DNA from: a virus
Taxonomy: Duplodnaviria; Heunggongvirae; Uroviricota; Caudoviricetes
Virus record (IMG/VR): IMGVR_UViG_2799112330_000002
Location: 346,107-410,106 of that record
DNA length: 64,000 nucleotides
Strand: one strand, 5' to 3'
The translations under genes and the position numbers were made by a program. The notes beneath the pieces are model-generated. The model did no database searches and had not been told where the DNA came from. It was given only the letters and a program-made list of their open reading frames with translations. Positions 29,209 to 38,934 of this stretch are shown in pieces. Each line of letters opens with the position of its first letter. Position 1 is the stretch's first letter.

Positions 29209-29676
29209 ATGAATATATTTAATTTTATAAAACAGATATTTTGCTCTCATAATTATGTTTTTAGACAAAATATTTATGGGGATGAAATTAATGAACATAA
29301 TGGAAATCGTTCTATATGGCAATGCACAAAATGCGGAAAGATAATCTATAAAAAGGATCAAAAGTTAGATATAGATAATACATTATCATTAGATACTGAA
29401 TTATCTAATTTAACTGATATTTATTATAGAAACATTGAAAAGGAATGGGAAAAATCTCATGCTAAACTTATAAACTACACAATAGCTGGTTTAAAATGTA
29501 ATGCTAAAAAAGGTTTAAATAGTTGGGAAGGATATGTTATATTAAAAAATGATGATGTTAAATATTTTAGAGACTTTTTTCAAAAACAATATTTAGAAAT
29601 TGAGATGAAAACGAACACTAAAAGTGATGTTGACACAAAGGAATATTATGTAAAAATTTATTGGGGTAAACTTTAG
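29209..29676 (+). CDS. hypothetical protein
   Basis: ORF of 155 aa with a CxxC pair. Confidence 0.4.
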   Translation: MNIFNFIKQIFCSHNYVFRQNIYGDEINEHNGNRSIWQCTKCGKIIYKKDQKLDIDNTLSLDTELSNLTDIYYRNIEKEWEKSHAKLINYTIAGLKCNAKKGLNSWEGYVILKNDDVKYFRDFFQKQYLEIEMKTNTKSDVDTKEYYVKIYWGKL

Positions 29677-29681
29677 ATATT

Positions 29682-29879
29682 ATGATTAAGAAATTTGAGT
29701 TGAATGATACTGAATATCAAAGGGCAGTAGAATTTGAAAAGAAACATAGACATTATTCTGGTGCAATAGGTGGACATATATCTGTTGAGTTTTCATTAAC
29801 AGGTCTTGGTTGTGCTAAAACGGTAAAATGCTTTATTTGTGATGAATCTGAAAATATAACTGATTATTCTCACTGGTAA
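29682..29879 (+). CDS. hypothetical protein
   Basis: ORF of 65 aa. Confidence 0.3.
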   Translation: MIKKFELNDTEYQRAVEFEKKHRHYSGAIGGHISVEFSLTGLGCAKTVKCFICDESENITDYSHW

Positions 29880-29882
29880 ATT

Positions 29883-30689
29883 ATGGATAACATACATACA
29901 ATAGTAATTCCTGATGTTCATGGTAGAACATTTTGGAAAACAGTTTTTGAAAAATATACTAAGGAAGACTATCCAGATATTGTTATAGTCTTTCTTGGTG
30001 ATTATGTTGATCCTTATTCATTTGAAGGGATTGATAAAGAATCAGCAATTGACAATTTCAAAGAAATCATAGATGTAGCCAAAGCTGACAATAGAGTGCA
30101 TCTTCTTTTTGGAAATCATGATATGCATTATTGGTATGATGCTCCTTATAAATGTAGGGTAGATAATAAGAACTATGATATTATCAAAAAGATATTCTTG
30201 GATAATTTTGATATGTTCAATGTTGCATATGAAGAAATAATTGATGATGAAAAGTTCTTATATACTCATGCTGGTGTCACACAATATTGGTTGAATCATC
30301 TTCAGTTTCATGGTAAGATGGGCTTAGAAACTAATTTTGGAAAGATGAAAGAGTCTCAAATTCCTTTTTGTGAAATGCTTAGAGACATGACACCTGATGC
30401 AGACAAGTTGAACAAACTAAAAGGTAATTTCCAAGGTGAAGCAAATCTTTGGATGGCATCTTATTCACGTGGTGGTGATTATTCAGATGGAAGTTGTATA
30501 TGGGCAGACTTATCAGAATGGTTTTATAATGGAGCTGAAATTTCAGGAATATGGCAAGTATTCGGTCATTCACGTTGGTCTAAAAATGATCCAGATAACT
30601 TATATATTGACTATGATAGAAAGTTTGCTTGTGTAGATACAGGTAGTTCTTGGATAATTACTAATGGCAAACAATTTATTAAAGTCTAA
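29883..30689 (+). CDS. calcineurin-like metallophosphoesterase (Ser/Thr phosphatase or ApnA hydrolase-like)
   Basis: DVHG ... GDYVD ... GNHD motif series. Confidence 0.6.
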   Translation: MDNIHTIVIPDVHGRTFWKTVFEKYTKEDYPDIVIVFLGDYVDPYSFEGIDKESAIDNFKEIIDVAKADNRVHLLFGNHDMHYWYDAPYKCRVDNKNYDIIKKIFLDNFDMFNVAYEEIIDDEKFLYTHAGVTQYWLNHLQFHGKMGLETNFGKMKESQIPFCEMLRDMTPDADKLNKLKGNFQGEANLWMASYSRGGDYSDGSCIWADLSEWFYNGAEISGIWQVFGHSRWSKNDPDNLYIDYDRKFACVDTGSSWIITNGKQFIKV

Positions 30690-30707
30690 TATTTTAACAT
30701 ATTATTA

Positions 30708-30750
30708 TTGAATTTTTTCATATCTTTACTATATTATTATTGTAATTAAT
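30708..30750 (+). promoter_or_regulatory. conserved promoter motif
   Basis: TTGAAT-N17-ACTATATTATTATTGTAATTAAT. Confidence 0.5.
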
Positions 30751-30767
30751 ATTAAAATTTTAAAGAT

Positions 30768-30998
30768 ATGAAGTCATTAGTATTTTCTTTCGGTTTCTAT
30801 TTTTTGTTGGTAATGAATCTTATTGCTATCAGTAATCCTCTTTCATTGTGGATGCTGACAGCAATTTTCTTTGATCTGGTTGCGCTTTATTTCTCAAAGA
30901 ACATCTCAAGTAAAATGATTTACAAGATTTCCGGAATCAGCTATCTTCAGAAGATGTTCAAAAATAATCCGGTAATTATGGAAATGACTAATGAGTAA
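30768..30998 (+). CDS. small membrane protein
   Basis: Two hydrophobic helices. Confidence 0.35.
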   Translation: MKSLVFSFGFYFLLVMNLIAISNPLSLWMLTAIFFDLVALYFSKNISSKMIYKISGISYLQKMFKNNPVIMEMTNE

Positions 30999-31028
30999 AC
31001 TTATTTAAATAATTAAAAGATAAGTGAT

Positions 31029-32261
31029 ATGAACTACGAAAAGAAATACAACGAGGCTCTTGACAGAGCAAAAATGGAAATGTCTAAAGATGGCATGAAG
31101 AATGATGTAATAGCCATACATTTAGCAGAGACTATATTTCCTGAGCTTAAAAAAGATGAGAATGAGATGATAAAGGAAGAACTTATTAAACACCTAAAGG
31201 AAGGTGCTGAAGGTTATGAACCAGCGGGCAGCAACAGTGATTATAAACGATGGCTTACTTGGTTTGAAAAGCAAGATGAATTAGTTAATTCTTTATCAAA
31301 AGGATTAGATAATGCACATGAACGGATTGATAAACTTATACAGAAAAATAATGAATTATGTGTCAAACTTGAAAAGCAAAGTGAGAAGAAACATAAATTC
31401 AATATAGGAGATATTATCTCAGATGGCCAGGCAGTATTCCGTGTTGATAATATTACAAAGAATTGTATTGGACAAGATTGTTATTTTCTTGTTAATGTAG
31501 AATCCGAGAAAAAAGGAATTCGATACCTTCAACTTACTGATTCACAAGGAAACCGTCATAATTTTGGAGAAATAACTTGGTTATGTGAACAAGTTGATGC
31601 AAAATTTGAAAAGCAAGACAAGCAGAAATCTGTTGATACAGTTAAACCTAAGTTTGAGATTGGTGATTGGGTTATCAATAGAACCAACGCTATTATCATG
31701 CAGATTATAAATAATAAAGATTTTTATGAATCTGTTGAAATAAATGGACAAAGAAGAACAGATAGCTATGATTATGCAGACCGGGATTTTAGACTTTGGA
31801 CTATTCAGGATGTAAATGATGGTGATGTTCTTGTTGGGAGTTATGGAACTTTCATTTTTATGAGTAAAAGTTATGGTTATTGTGGCATATTAAGTGATAA
31901 CACATTTATAAGAAGTACAGGAAATAATGAGTGGACAGAAGATCTGCATCCAGCCACCAAAGAACAGCGTGATCTTTTATTTAAAAAGATGAAGGAAGCA
32001 GGATATGAGTGGGATGGTGAAAAGAAGGAGTTGAAGAAGTTTCATGTTATTGATGAAGGCAAACCTGAAATGGACTATTGTTTCACTAAAATGATGAATG
32101 ATGAAAAAGTAAGTTCTGCGTGGAGTGAAGAAGATACATTTAAGGTACAAAGAATATGTAAGTATTTGGATGAAGGCAAGAAGTATTATGCTGATATTAC
32201 TGAAGTTAGAGAATGTATGAATTGGCTCAAATCCATTAAAGAAAGATTAGGAGGAAAATAA
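31029..32261 (+). CDS. family B repeat protein
   Basis: FPELKKDENEMIKEEL ... LWTIQDVNDGDVLV ... PATKEQRDLLFKKMKEAGYEWDGEKKELKKF ... MNWLKSIKERLGGK. Confidence 0.55.
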   Translation: MNYEKKYNEALDRAKMEMSKDGMKNDVIAIHLAETIFPELKKDENEMIKEELIKHLKEGAEGYEPAGSNSDYKRWLTWFEKQDELVNSLSKGLDNAHERIDKLIQKNNELCVKLEKQSEKKHKFNIGDIISDGQAVFRVDNITKNCIGQDCYFLVNVESEKKGIRYLQLTDSQGNRHNFGEITWLCEQVDAKFEKQDKQKSVDTVKPKFEIGDWVINRTNAIIMQIINNKDFYESVEINGQRRTDSYDYADRDFRLWTIQDVNDGDVLVGSYGTFIFMSKSYGYCGILSDNTFIRSTGNNEWTEDLHPATKEQRDLLFKKMKEAGYEWDGEKKELKKFHVIDEGKPEMDYCFTKMMNDEKVSSAWSEEDTFKVQRICKYLDEGKKYYADITEVRECMNWLKSIKERLGGK

Positions 32262-32263
32262 TT

Positions 32264-32446
32264 ATGGTATTGATATTTAGTATTATATTTATTTTATGTA
32301 TTATTTGGATATATTGGTTAGAACGTGATATCTATTGTCCAAAATGTGGTAATAAACTTAGAAAAGTAGGTAATCATAGGTGTTGTGATTGGTGTAATTC
32401 TTGGTATTTTGTGAATGCTTTAGGAATTATTAAAAAATGGAAATAA
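32264..32446 (+). CDS. small TM plus zinc-ribbon protein
   Basis: CPKCGN...CCDWCNSW; AGGAGG ribosome-binding site upstream. Confidence 0.3.
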   Translation: MVLIFSIIFILCIIWIYWLERDIYCPKCGNKLRKVGNHRCCDWCNSWYFVNALGIIKKWK

Positions 32447-32599
32447 TAAAGTTATGACAAGAGAAGAATGGAAAATTGTATTTAGCAAAGCATCTGTTAA
32501 TATGACTCAAGAAATTTGTGACGGAATTGGGCATAATGTTTTGCCATCACAAGAAAAATTAATAGCACAAGAAATTATAAACCAAATATTTAAAGCTTT

Positions 32600-33958
32600 A
32601 TGAAAACATTGGAAAAAAAGGCAAGAGCCTATGATGAGGCTATTAGAAAAGCAGCAGCATTATACAAAGCATCAGAGCCTATGAGCGGCTGTAATGTTAT
32701 AATTGAAACTCTTTTCCCAGAACTCAAAGAGTCAGAGGATGAGATGATAAGGAAAGAGCTTTTGGAACATTGTAAGATTCTAGCTAAACCATATATTCAA
32801 ACAGGAAATAAATGTCCTCAAATTCAATCTTGGATTGCTTGGCTTGAAAGGCAAGGTGAGTTGCCCATTTATAATATTCCTTCAAAGGAAATTATTCTTG
32901 CTATATGGGATTTAGGCAATGAATGGAAAGAACTTACAGGTAGTTCTATATCAACAGAATATGATACCCAGCTTAATTATATTCAAAATCATTGGCATGA
33001 AAGCGAATACTATTTAAGAGCAATGCAAAACGAGCAGAAACTTATTGATAAGGATGAACTAAAGTCAAAGTTTAAGGTTGGTGATTGGGTAGTAGATAAG
33101 AATGGAACCATTCAACAAATCTTATCCTACAAGGATGGTATATATAAGCATACAAATGGCTATTCTTCAAAAATGTTTGAAGATGAGTGGAGGTTATGGG
33201 ACATTATCAAAGATGCAAAGGATGGTGATGTACTTGCTACAGATGATGGTAATATTTGTATTTTTGATGGTACAGTTAAAGATGGTAAATATCCTTTTGC
33301 TTATTGTGGATTTACAAAACATAGATTTGAATTTTATGATAGAAGACTGCCATTTACCAATAATAATATTTATCCCGCAACCAAAGAGCAATATGATACT
33401 CTAATGAAGGCAATGTCTAATACTGGATATACTTTTGACTTTGAGAAGAAAGAATTAGTAAATTATGGAAAAGATGATATTGATAAACCAAATTTCAATA
33501 TTGGAGATTGGATTACTAATGGGATTGATGTTGACAAAATAATTGGAATAGATTTAGAAGATGAAAACTATTTGTTTGAAAATGGTAGAAAATCAGATAT
33601 TTCATTAGTTGATAGTAATAGTCATAACTGGACTATTCAAGATGCAAAGGATGGTGATATACTTGCGGTTGAAGATAAAAACTTTATAACTCCATTTGTT
33701 GCTATTTACAAAGAGCGTGGTTTAGACTTCTTTAATTCACGTTGTTTTATCGGATTTGATGGAAATTTCTATAAAAGTGAACAAGGACATGATATAGAAA
33801 ATATTCATCCAGCTACTAAAGAACAATGTATTTTCTTGTTCCAAAAAATGCATGAAGCAGGATATGAATGGGATGATGAGAAGAAAGAATTAAAGAAGAT
33901 TAAAGTAAATGAAGCAATGTATGATGATGATAAATTAAGAGAAGCAATATGTGAATAA
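32600..33958 (+). CDS. family B repeat protein (two internal repeat units)
   Basis: FPELKESEDEMIRKEL; LWDIIKDAKDGDVLA and WTIQDAKDGDILAV; PATKEQ...GYTFD and PATKEQCIFLFQKMHEAGYEWDDEKKELKKI. Confidence 0.55.
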   Translation: MKTLEKKARAYDEAIRKAAALYKASEPMSGCNVIIETLFPELKESEDEMIRKELLEHCKILAKPYIQTGNKCPQIQSWIAWLERQGELPIYNIPSKEIILAIWDLGNEWKELTGSSISTEYDTQLNYIQNHWHESEYYLRAMQNEQKLIDKDELKSKFKVGDWVVDKNGTIQQILSYKDGIYKHTNGYSSKMFEDEWRLWDIIKDAKDGDVLATDDGNICIFDGTVKDGKYPFAYCGFTKHRFEFYDRRLPFTNNNIYPATKEQYDTLMKAMSNTGYTFDFEKKELVNYGKDDIDKPNFNIGDWITNGIDVDKIIGIDLEDENYLFENGRKSDISLVDSNSHNWTIQDAKDGDILAVEDKNFITPFVAIYKERGLDFFNSRCFIGFDGNFYKSEQGHDIENIHPATKEQCIFLFQKMHEAGYEWDDEKKELKKIKVNEAMYDDDKLREAICE

Positions 33959-34114
33959 AAACATAATAATTATAAATAATGTGTACAATAAAAGAATTCA
34001 TAGAGAATTATGTAAAGATAAAGAATAAAGAAACAGGAAAAGAAGAATCAATTAAATTATTACCATATCAACTACAGTTTATAAATCAGTGGAAATTAAC
34101 AAGAAAAAATAAGC

Positions 34115-34519
34115 ATGAAGAAAATGATTAAGATTGTTCCAGATTATCCAGATGTTGTCATAGGTTCAAGAACTGTTACTGAATCAAAGTTTCAGGTTTT
34201 GAATTTTATGAATTTGATTTATGATTGCATTGTAAATGAAAAGGATCATAATTCAACTGGTTATTCAAATCTTAGACCGCGGTCAGATAACTTGACATAT
34301 GAAATTGCAAGACTTGTAAAAAATGAAGAAATTTCAAAGATCTATTATTATGACATCAATAAACATATATATAATTTGATTGAAGCAATAAGAGTAAATC
34401 TTGAAACATCTTCTTCTAATGAAACAAGAAAACTATGCATAGAAATTTGGAAGAATCTTCTTAAGGAGCTCACAAAATTATTTGATCTTAAATATACATT
34501 GAAATATGAAAATAAGTAA
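34115..34519 (+). CDS. hypothetical protein
   Basis: ORF of 134 aa. Confidence 0.4.
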   Translation: MKKMIKIVPDYPDVVIGSRTVTESKFQVLNFMNLIYDCIVNEKDHNSTGYSNLRPRSDNLTYEIARLVKNEEISKIYYYDINKHIYNLIEAIRVNLETSSSNETRKLCIEIWKNLLKELTKLFDLKYTLKYENK

Positions 34520-34520
34520 T

Positions 34521-34550
34521 CCAGAAATTGAATTTTCTGGATTTTTTTCT
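34521..34550 (+). terminator. hairpin ccagaaa-TTGAATT-ttctgg plus T7 (duplicate of the 22834 element)
   Basis: About 40 nt identical to 22831-22870. Confidence 0.5.
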
Positions 34551-34572
34551 ATATTATATATGTAATTAATAA
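34527..34572 (+). promoter_or_regulatory. conserved promoter motif
   Basis: TTGAAT-N16-TCTATATTATATATGTAATTAATAATTAA. Confidence 0.5.
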
Positions 34573-34588
34573 TTAAAACTTAAAGATT

Positions 34589-34870
34589 ATGAATGAGCGT
34601 AAAGAAGTTTTGAGTTTCATGATTTACATGTGGAACCGGTGGTCAATGACCGAAGCAGCAATCGTATTCAATGGGTATGATAACACCAATACCGATAAAT
34701 GGGAGTACTCTCTTGGTCATCATATGTGGGAGAAATGGTTATATAACTGTAAGAATTATGGAACTATGGGGTCCGCCGAAAGAATGGTTGCAGAACTTGA
34801 CATGGAGAATCTTAATAAGCTTGTAGAGCGAGCATGCTCATTGTATTGCGGAAGAGAATCTAAAAAATAA
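34589..34870 (+). CDS. hypothetical protein
   Basis: ORF of 93 aa. Confidence 0.4.
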   Translation: MNERKEVLSFMIYMWNRWSMTEAAIVFNGYDNTNTDKWEYSLGHHMWEKWLYNCKNYGTMGSAERMVAELDMENLNKLVERACSLYCGRESKK

Positions 34871-34887
34871 ATAATTATATAAAAACT

Positions 34888-35160
34888 ATGACAACATTAA
34901 TTTATATTTTGGCTGTTCTGTTATTGATTGTAATGATTGTACATGTATCAATAGAGATCTATGCTTATATTATCAATAGAAAATCAGATGCGGCTTTCAT
35001 AAAGCTTCAAGAAACATTTAATAATGTCCAGCAAGATTTTGCTAATGAGAAAGCAAATTTTAGAAAAATTATTGAATCTAAGAATGAAGAGATTAAAATT
35101 TTAGCTACTGAAATCCACAGATTAAAACTTGAGCTTTTAAAATCCGGAAAACAATCATAA
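34888..35160 (+). CDS. membrane-anchored coiled-coil protein
   Basis: N-terminal TM helix followed by a heptad-like region. Confidence 0.4.
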   Translation: MTTLIYILAVLLLIVMIVHVSIEIYAYIINRKSDAAFIKLQETFNNVQQDFANEKANFRKIIESKNEEIKILATEIHRLKLELLKSGKQS

Positions 35161-35177
35161 CATAAATCTTAGAAACA

Positions 35178-35837
35178 ATGCAAAAAGAATTAATTAACAA
35201 ACGAATTGATCTTCTATTATCTATAACCGAAAGAGCCGGAAAATATAGAAACAATAGACCATATAAAGCATGGCTTCCAGAAAATGTAACAGATGCAACT
35301 GCTTCTCAAAATGATTATGTAAAATATCTCTGTAAAGGAACTCCAAAGACTATTTATGATGGAAGATTTGTTGCAGTATCAGGATTCATTTTTGCAGTTG
35401 TAGATGGTAAATATTCTATCTTAGCTAATCTTCGTGGTCAAGGTACTCCAGACTATCAAGGCTATTGGAATGCCCCTTGTGGTTATCTTGAACGATTTGA
35501 AAATTCTAAACAAGGTATTCAACGAGAGATCTTTGAGGAATGTGGCTTTATTATTGATACAAAAGACCTGAAGATCAAACATGTAGAGACAGAACCTGAG
35601 GAATGCAATAATGGAAATGTAACAATCAGACATACCGCATTCCTTGGAAAGATCAAACCAGAATATGTCAATAAGACAGGTGGAGAAGAAAATGAAGTTG
35701 ATTCTGTAAAATGGATTCCTATTGATGAATTAGACAATTATAAATGGGCATTCAACCATCGTAAGACAATTGAGAAATATGCTCCTAAAAAATGGAAACG
35801 TAAGTTGGTTGAATTCTATTATGCATCATTATTTTAA
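35178..35837 (+). CDS. Nudix hydrolase
   Basis: Perfect Nudix box GYLERFENSKQGIQREIFEECGF (Gx5Ex7REUxEExGU). Confidence 0.65.
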   Translation: MQKELINKRIDLLLSITERAGKYRNNRPYKAWLPENVTDATASQNDYVKYLCKGTPKTIYDGRFVAVSGFIFAVVDGKYSILANLRGQGTPDYQGYWNAPCGYLERFENSKQGIQREIFEECGFIIDTKDLKIKHVETEPEECNNGNVTIRHTAFLGKIKPEYVNKTGGEENEVDSVKWIPIDELDNYKWAFNHRKTIEKYAPKKWKRKLVEFYYASLF

Positions 35838-36035
35838 TATATATAATAACTATGAAGCCAACATATATGACCGCTGAAAAAATCATATCAAGAATCAGAG
35901 AAGAGATTGATAAGATCTATGAGAAATATGAAGGTCACCCATTAATTGAAGAAGATGATCTATTAGAAGGTTTTGAAGATATTATTAATGATTATTATGA
36001 AGATATAAGTCCAATGTAATAAAAATAATTTGAAA

Positions 36036-36080
36036 ATTGAATTTTCAAGATTTTTTACTATATTATATATGTAATAATTA
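36036..36080 (+). promoter_or_regulatory. conserved promoter motif, preceded by an all-AT inverted repeat ttgaaaa/ttttcaa
   Basis: TTGAAT-N16-ACTATATTATATATGTAATAATTA. Confidence 0.45.
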
Positions 36081-36094
36081 TAATAATTAGAAAT

Positions 36095-36505
36095 ATGAAA
36101 AAGATTTTGAAGAATTGGATTAAGAAGTATTTGAAAAAGCATCTGAACGTTCATCCGAAGAACTATTATTTTTTGCGTTGGCTAGCAGATATAGGGAAGA
36201 ATGAGAAACAGATGGATGATGTTTGTGCTGGTGTGGCTCGATGGATGTATGACACAGATGAGACTAATTTATTGGGTCATTTGAATGATTTGTTTGTGGT
36301 TGATAATAATATCTACATTGTAACATTCCGTCCTGGTCTTTGGATTGGTAAAGGTGGCCAGACAGTTGAAAGTCTTAAGCATTCACTGAACTACAATATT
36401 GATGGTGAGAAGATAAATGATTATGACATACGATTTATTGAGGTACATAAGCAACCATATTCAGAAGTTTTGTCCTATGCTTATATGTATGCTAACAATT
36501 GGTAA
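36095..36505 (+). CDS. hypothetical protein with KH-like GxxG segment
   Basis: WIGKGGQTVESLKHSL resembles the KH-domain IGxxGxxI loop; weak. Confidence 0.4.
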   Translation: MKKILKNWIKKYLKKHLNVHPKNYYFLRWLADIGKNEKQMDDVCAGVARWMYDTDETNLLGHLNDLFVVDNNIYIVTFRPGLWIGKGGQTVESLKHSLNYNIDGEKINDYDIRFIEVHKQPYSEVLSYAYMYANNW

Positions 36506-36532
36506 ATATCATTTAGAAATTAATATATAAAT

Positions 36533-36796
36533 ATGAAAAAGATTTTATTTTGTTTATTTGCAGTATTTTGTTTAGCTTCATGTGAGCAGTATGTCAGTCG
36601 CGTAGCTGGTGGAAATGTAACTATTAAGCTACAGCCTGGCGAAAAACTTGTAGAAGCTACATGGAAAGATGATGCTAACTTATGGTATCTTGTTGAACCT
36701 ATGGATTCTGATTATGTTCCTAAGACAAAGAAATTCAAAGAAAGCTCTTTGTTCGGTGTAATGCAAGGATCTGTAACATTTGTTGAGTCTAAGTAA
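36533..36796 (+). CDS. small lipoprotein
   Basis: Signal peptide plus LASC lipobox. Confidence 0.45.
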   Translation: MKKILFCLFAVFCLASCEQYVSRVAGGNVTIKLQPGEKLVEATWKDDANLWYLVEPMDSDYVPKTKKFKESSLFGVMQGSVTFVESK

Positions 36797-36817
36797 TCAA
36801 ATAATAATTAATGCAAT

Positions 36818-37201
36818 ATGAAATTCTTTAAGTATTTTTCTTATTCTGAATTGAAGCTTATTTGCAAGTTGCTTGATAAAGAGAGTTGTTATTTTCGTAA
36901 TACTCAGAAGCATTTTATTAAGTGCTTAGGTGAGACAATTGTCAATCTTCTACTATGGGGAGGATGTCTTAAAGAAAGTCCATCTACTGGAATGCCTTGG
37001 GATTATAAAGAAGATTGTTATGAATTTACAAAGAAATTCCGTAGAGTTTTTAATTTTATGACTTGCCCATTTTGGCTATGGGTTAAAATCTATGTATTGA
37101 ATTTCTATTGGTTCAAACATCAATGGGAAAAACTGAGAATTGCATGTGGTCATCATTATGATTGGCAAGATTATCTGGGATATGATATTGAAACAGATTA
37201 A
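36818..37201 (+). CDS. hypothetical Trp/Cys-rich protein
   Basis: ORF of 127 aa. Confidence 0.4.
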   Translation: MKFFKYFSYSELKLICKLLDKESCYFRNTQKHFIKCLGETIVNLLLWGGCLKESPSTGMPWDYKEDCYEFTKKFRRVFNFMTCPFWLWVKIYVLNFYWFKHQWEKLRIACGHHYDWQDYLGYDIETD

Positions 37202-37219
37202 AATAAAAAATAGAAAATT

Positions 37220-37744
37220 ATGGACACATATGAAAATAAATATAAAGAAGCTCTTGAAATAGCAATGGTTGCTTATAAAGATGAAGACCGACATCTTAAA
37301 GCAACATTGGAAAGAATCTTCCCTGAACTCACAGAATCTGAGGATGAGAAGATAAGGAAAAAAATAATAGATTACTTTAGAGGTAGTGTTGGATTAGGAG
37401 TTGCAATTGGCGGAGTTTCAGTAAAAGATATGGTATCTTGGCTTGAAAAACAAGGTGAGAAGAAAGCCAAATGGACTGATAATGATAGAACAATGGCTTT
37501 TACTTTAATGCGGGATGTAGACCAAATGTCTTATATTAGTAAAGAAGGAAAGGATGAACGAATTGGGTGGCTTAATTCTCTTGATGAAAAGTTTACTTCA
37601 ACAGAACCTGCTTGGAGTGAAGAGGATTCATTCAGAACGAAAACTTTAATATCGGTAATCAAGTCAGGTGGTAATATAAGATCCGAATTGAGAAATGAAT
37701 TTGTAAATTGGCTCAAATCCATTAAAGAAAGAATCATAAAATAA
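37220..37744 (+). CDS. family B short member (N- and C-terminal blocks only)
   Basis: FPELTESEDEKIRKKI ... FVNWLKSIKERIIK. Confidence 0.5.
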   Translation: MDTYENKYKEALEIAMVAYKDEDRHLKATLERIFPELTESEDEKIRKKIIDYFRGSVGLGVAIGGVSVKDMVSWLEKQGEKKAKWTDNDRTMAFTLMRDVDQMSYISKEGKDERIGWLNSLDEKFTSTEPAWSEEDSFRTKTLISVIKSGGNIRSELRNEFVNWLKSIKERIIK

Positions 37745-37757
37745 ATTATATATAAAT

Positions 37758-37943
37758 ATGAGTAAAAAATTAACATTAGGAGATGACAAGGTATTTGGCG
37801 GAGTATGTTCTGGGCTTGCAGAATACTTCAATATGGATATCGTATTAGTCAGGATTATATATCTAGTTTTGACTTGTGCAACAACATTTCCTGGGCTATT
37901 GGTTTATTTGATAATGTGGATATGTATGCCACATAAATATTGA
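37758..37943 (+). CDS. PspC-domain small membrane protein
   Basis: LTLGDDKVFGGVCSGLAEYFNMDIVLVRIIYLVL matches the PspC N-terminal domain plus TM pattern. Confidence 0.55.
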   Translation: MSKKLTLGDDKVFGGVCSGLAEYFNMDIVLVRIIYLVLTCATTFPGLLVYLIMWICMPHKY

Positions 37944-37947
37944 TTTT

Positions 37948-38439
37948 ATGAAGACTATAAAAGTATTATCTCAGAAGCTATTTGATATTTATTGTGCATA
38001 TATTGGTCTTAATGATTCAAATATTGAAGACAACAAAGACTATGCATATATATCAATTATAGGTACTTCTGAGTGTCTTAACTACTATCTTGATGAAGGT
38101 GATACTTGTCATTATTTCTCAAGTGACCATGAAAATGTAATCAATCTTGAGTTTGATGATATATCCACAGATGAGATGGAGTATAATGGACATATTTTTA
38201 CAGGATTGACAATGAATCAGGCTGAGAAGCTTTTCAAGTTCATTGAGAAAAACATTGACAAAAACTTCATCATTCATTGTAGAGCAGGTAAGAGCAGAAG
38301 TCAAGCTGTAGGATCATTTATTATGAATTTCTATCCTGACTTTACTTCAGATACAATACTTCCTTATTGTAATAAAGATGTCTATCGGAAACTAAGTAGA
38401 TGCTATTATAAGAAATATAACCCAGAATATGAAACATAA
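37948..38439 (+). CDS. dual-specificity / protein-tyrosine phosphatase family protein
   Basis: IIHCRAGKSRSQAVG contains the HCx5R(S/T) P-loop. Confidence 0.6.
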   Translation: MKTIKVLSQKLFDIYCAYIGLNDSNIEDNKDYAYISIIGTSECLNYYLDEGDTCHYFSSDHENVINLEFDDISTDEMEYNGHIFTGLTMNQAEKLFKFIEKNIDKNFIIHCRAGKSRSQAVGSFIMNFYPDFTSDTILPYCNKDVYRKLSRCYYKKYNPEYET

Positions 38440-38444
38440 AAAGT

Positions 38445-38630
38445 ATGAAATACATTGAGAAATATTTAGAGGAGGTTGTAAAAGTCAAGCCTCTTGGTAA
38501 AGTCACTGTTAAAGATGAATATTTTGGAGATTTGTCTGGAAATATGGTTTATATTGATGATCATTGTTCAGATATTTTTGTCTCACATGCGGATTATGCA
38601 AATTGGTTGGAAAATAAAATAAAATTATGA
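38445..38630 (+). CDS. hypothetical protein
   Basis: ORF of 61 aa. Confidence 0.3.
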   Translation: MKYIEKYLEEVVKVKPLGKVTVKDEYFGDLSGNMVYIDDHCSDIFVSHADYANWLENKIKL

Positions 38631-38633
38631 AAT

Positions 38634-38894
38634 ATGAATAATCTAACATCTTTATTGAATATACTTGCTGTTATATTGGTATGTTTATTTAGCTATTTAG
38701 TCATAGGATATTATATATTTATAATATTTAATGGAGAATTTGAAAATTTTCGTAAACGTCTAAGTAAACGTCAAAGAGTGACAATAAATACTTTAGCATG
38801 TATATTATGGCCAATAGCTTTAGTAATATTACTATTTAAAACTATTGTGGAAATAATGATATACTTATATAAAGACATAAAGGAATTATCATAA
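38634..38894 (+). CDS. small two-helix membrane protein
   Basis: Hydrophobic helices. Confidence 0.4.
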   Translation: MNNLTSLLNILAVILVCLFSYLVIGYYIFIIFNGEFENFRKRLSKRQRVTINTLACILWPIALVILLFKTIVEIMIYLYKDIKELS

Positions 38895-38934
38895 AAGAAT
38901 TATAATAAAGTTTAATCTAAAAAAATATTAAGTT

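Noticed and set aside
36029-36049. Terminator call for inverted repeat ttgaaaa/ttttcaa
   Set aside because: The stem is composed entirely of A-T pairs and would be very unstable. It is more likely just part of the promoter motif context.
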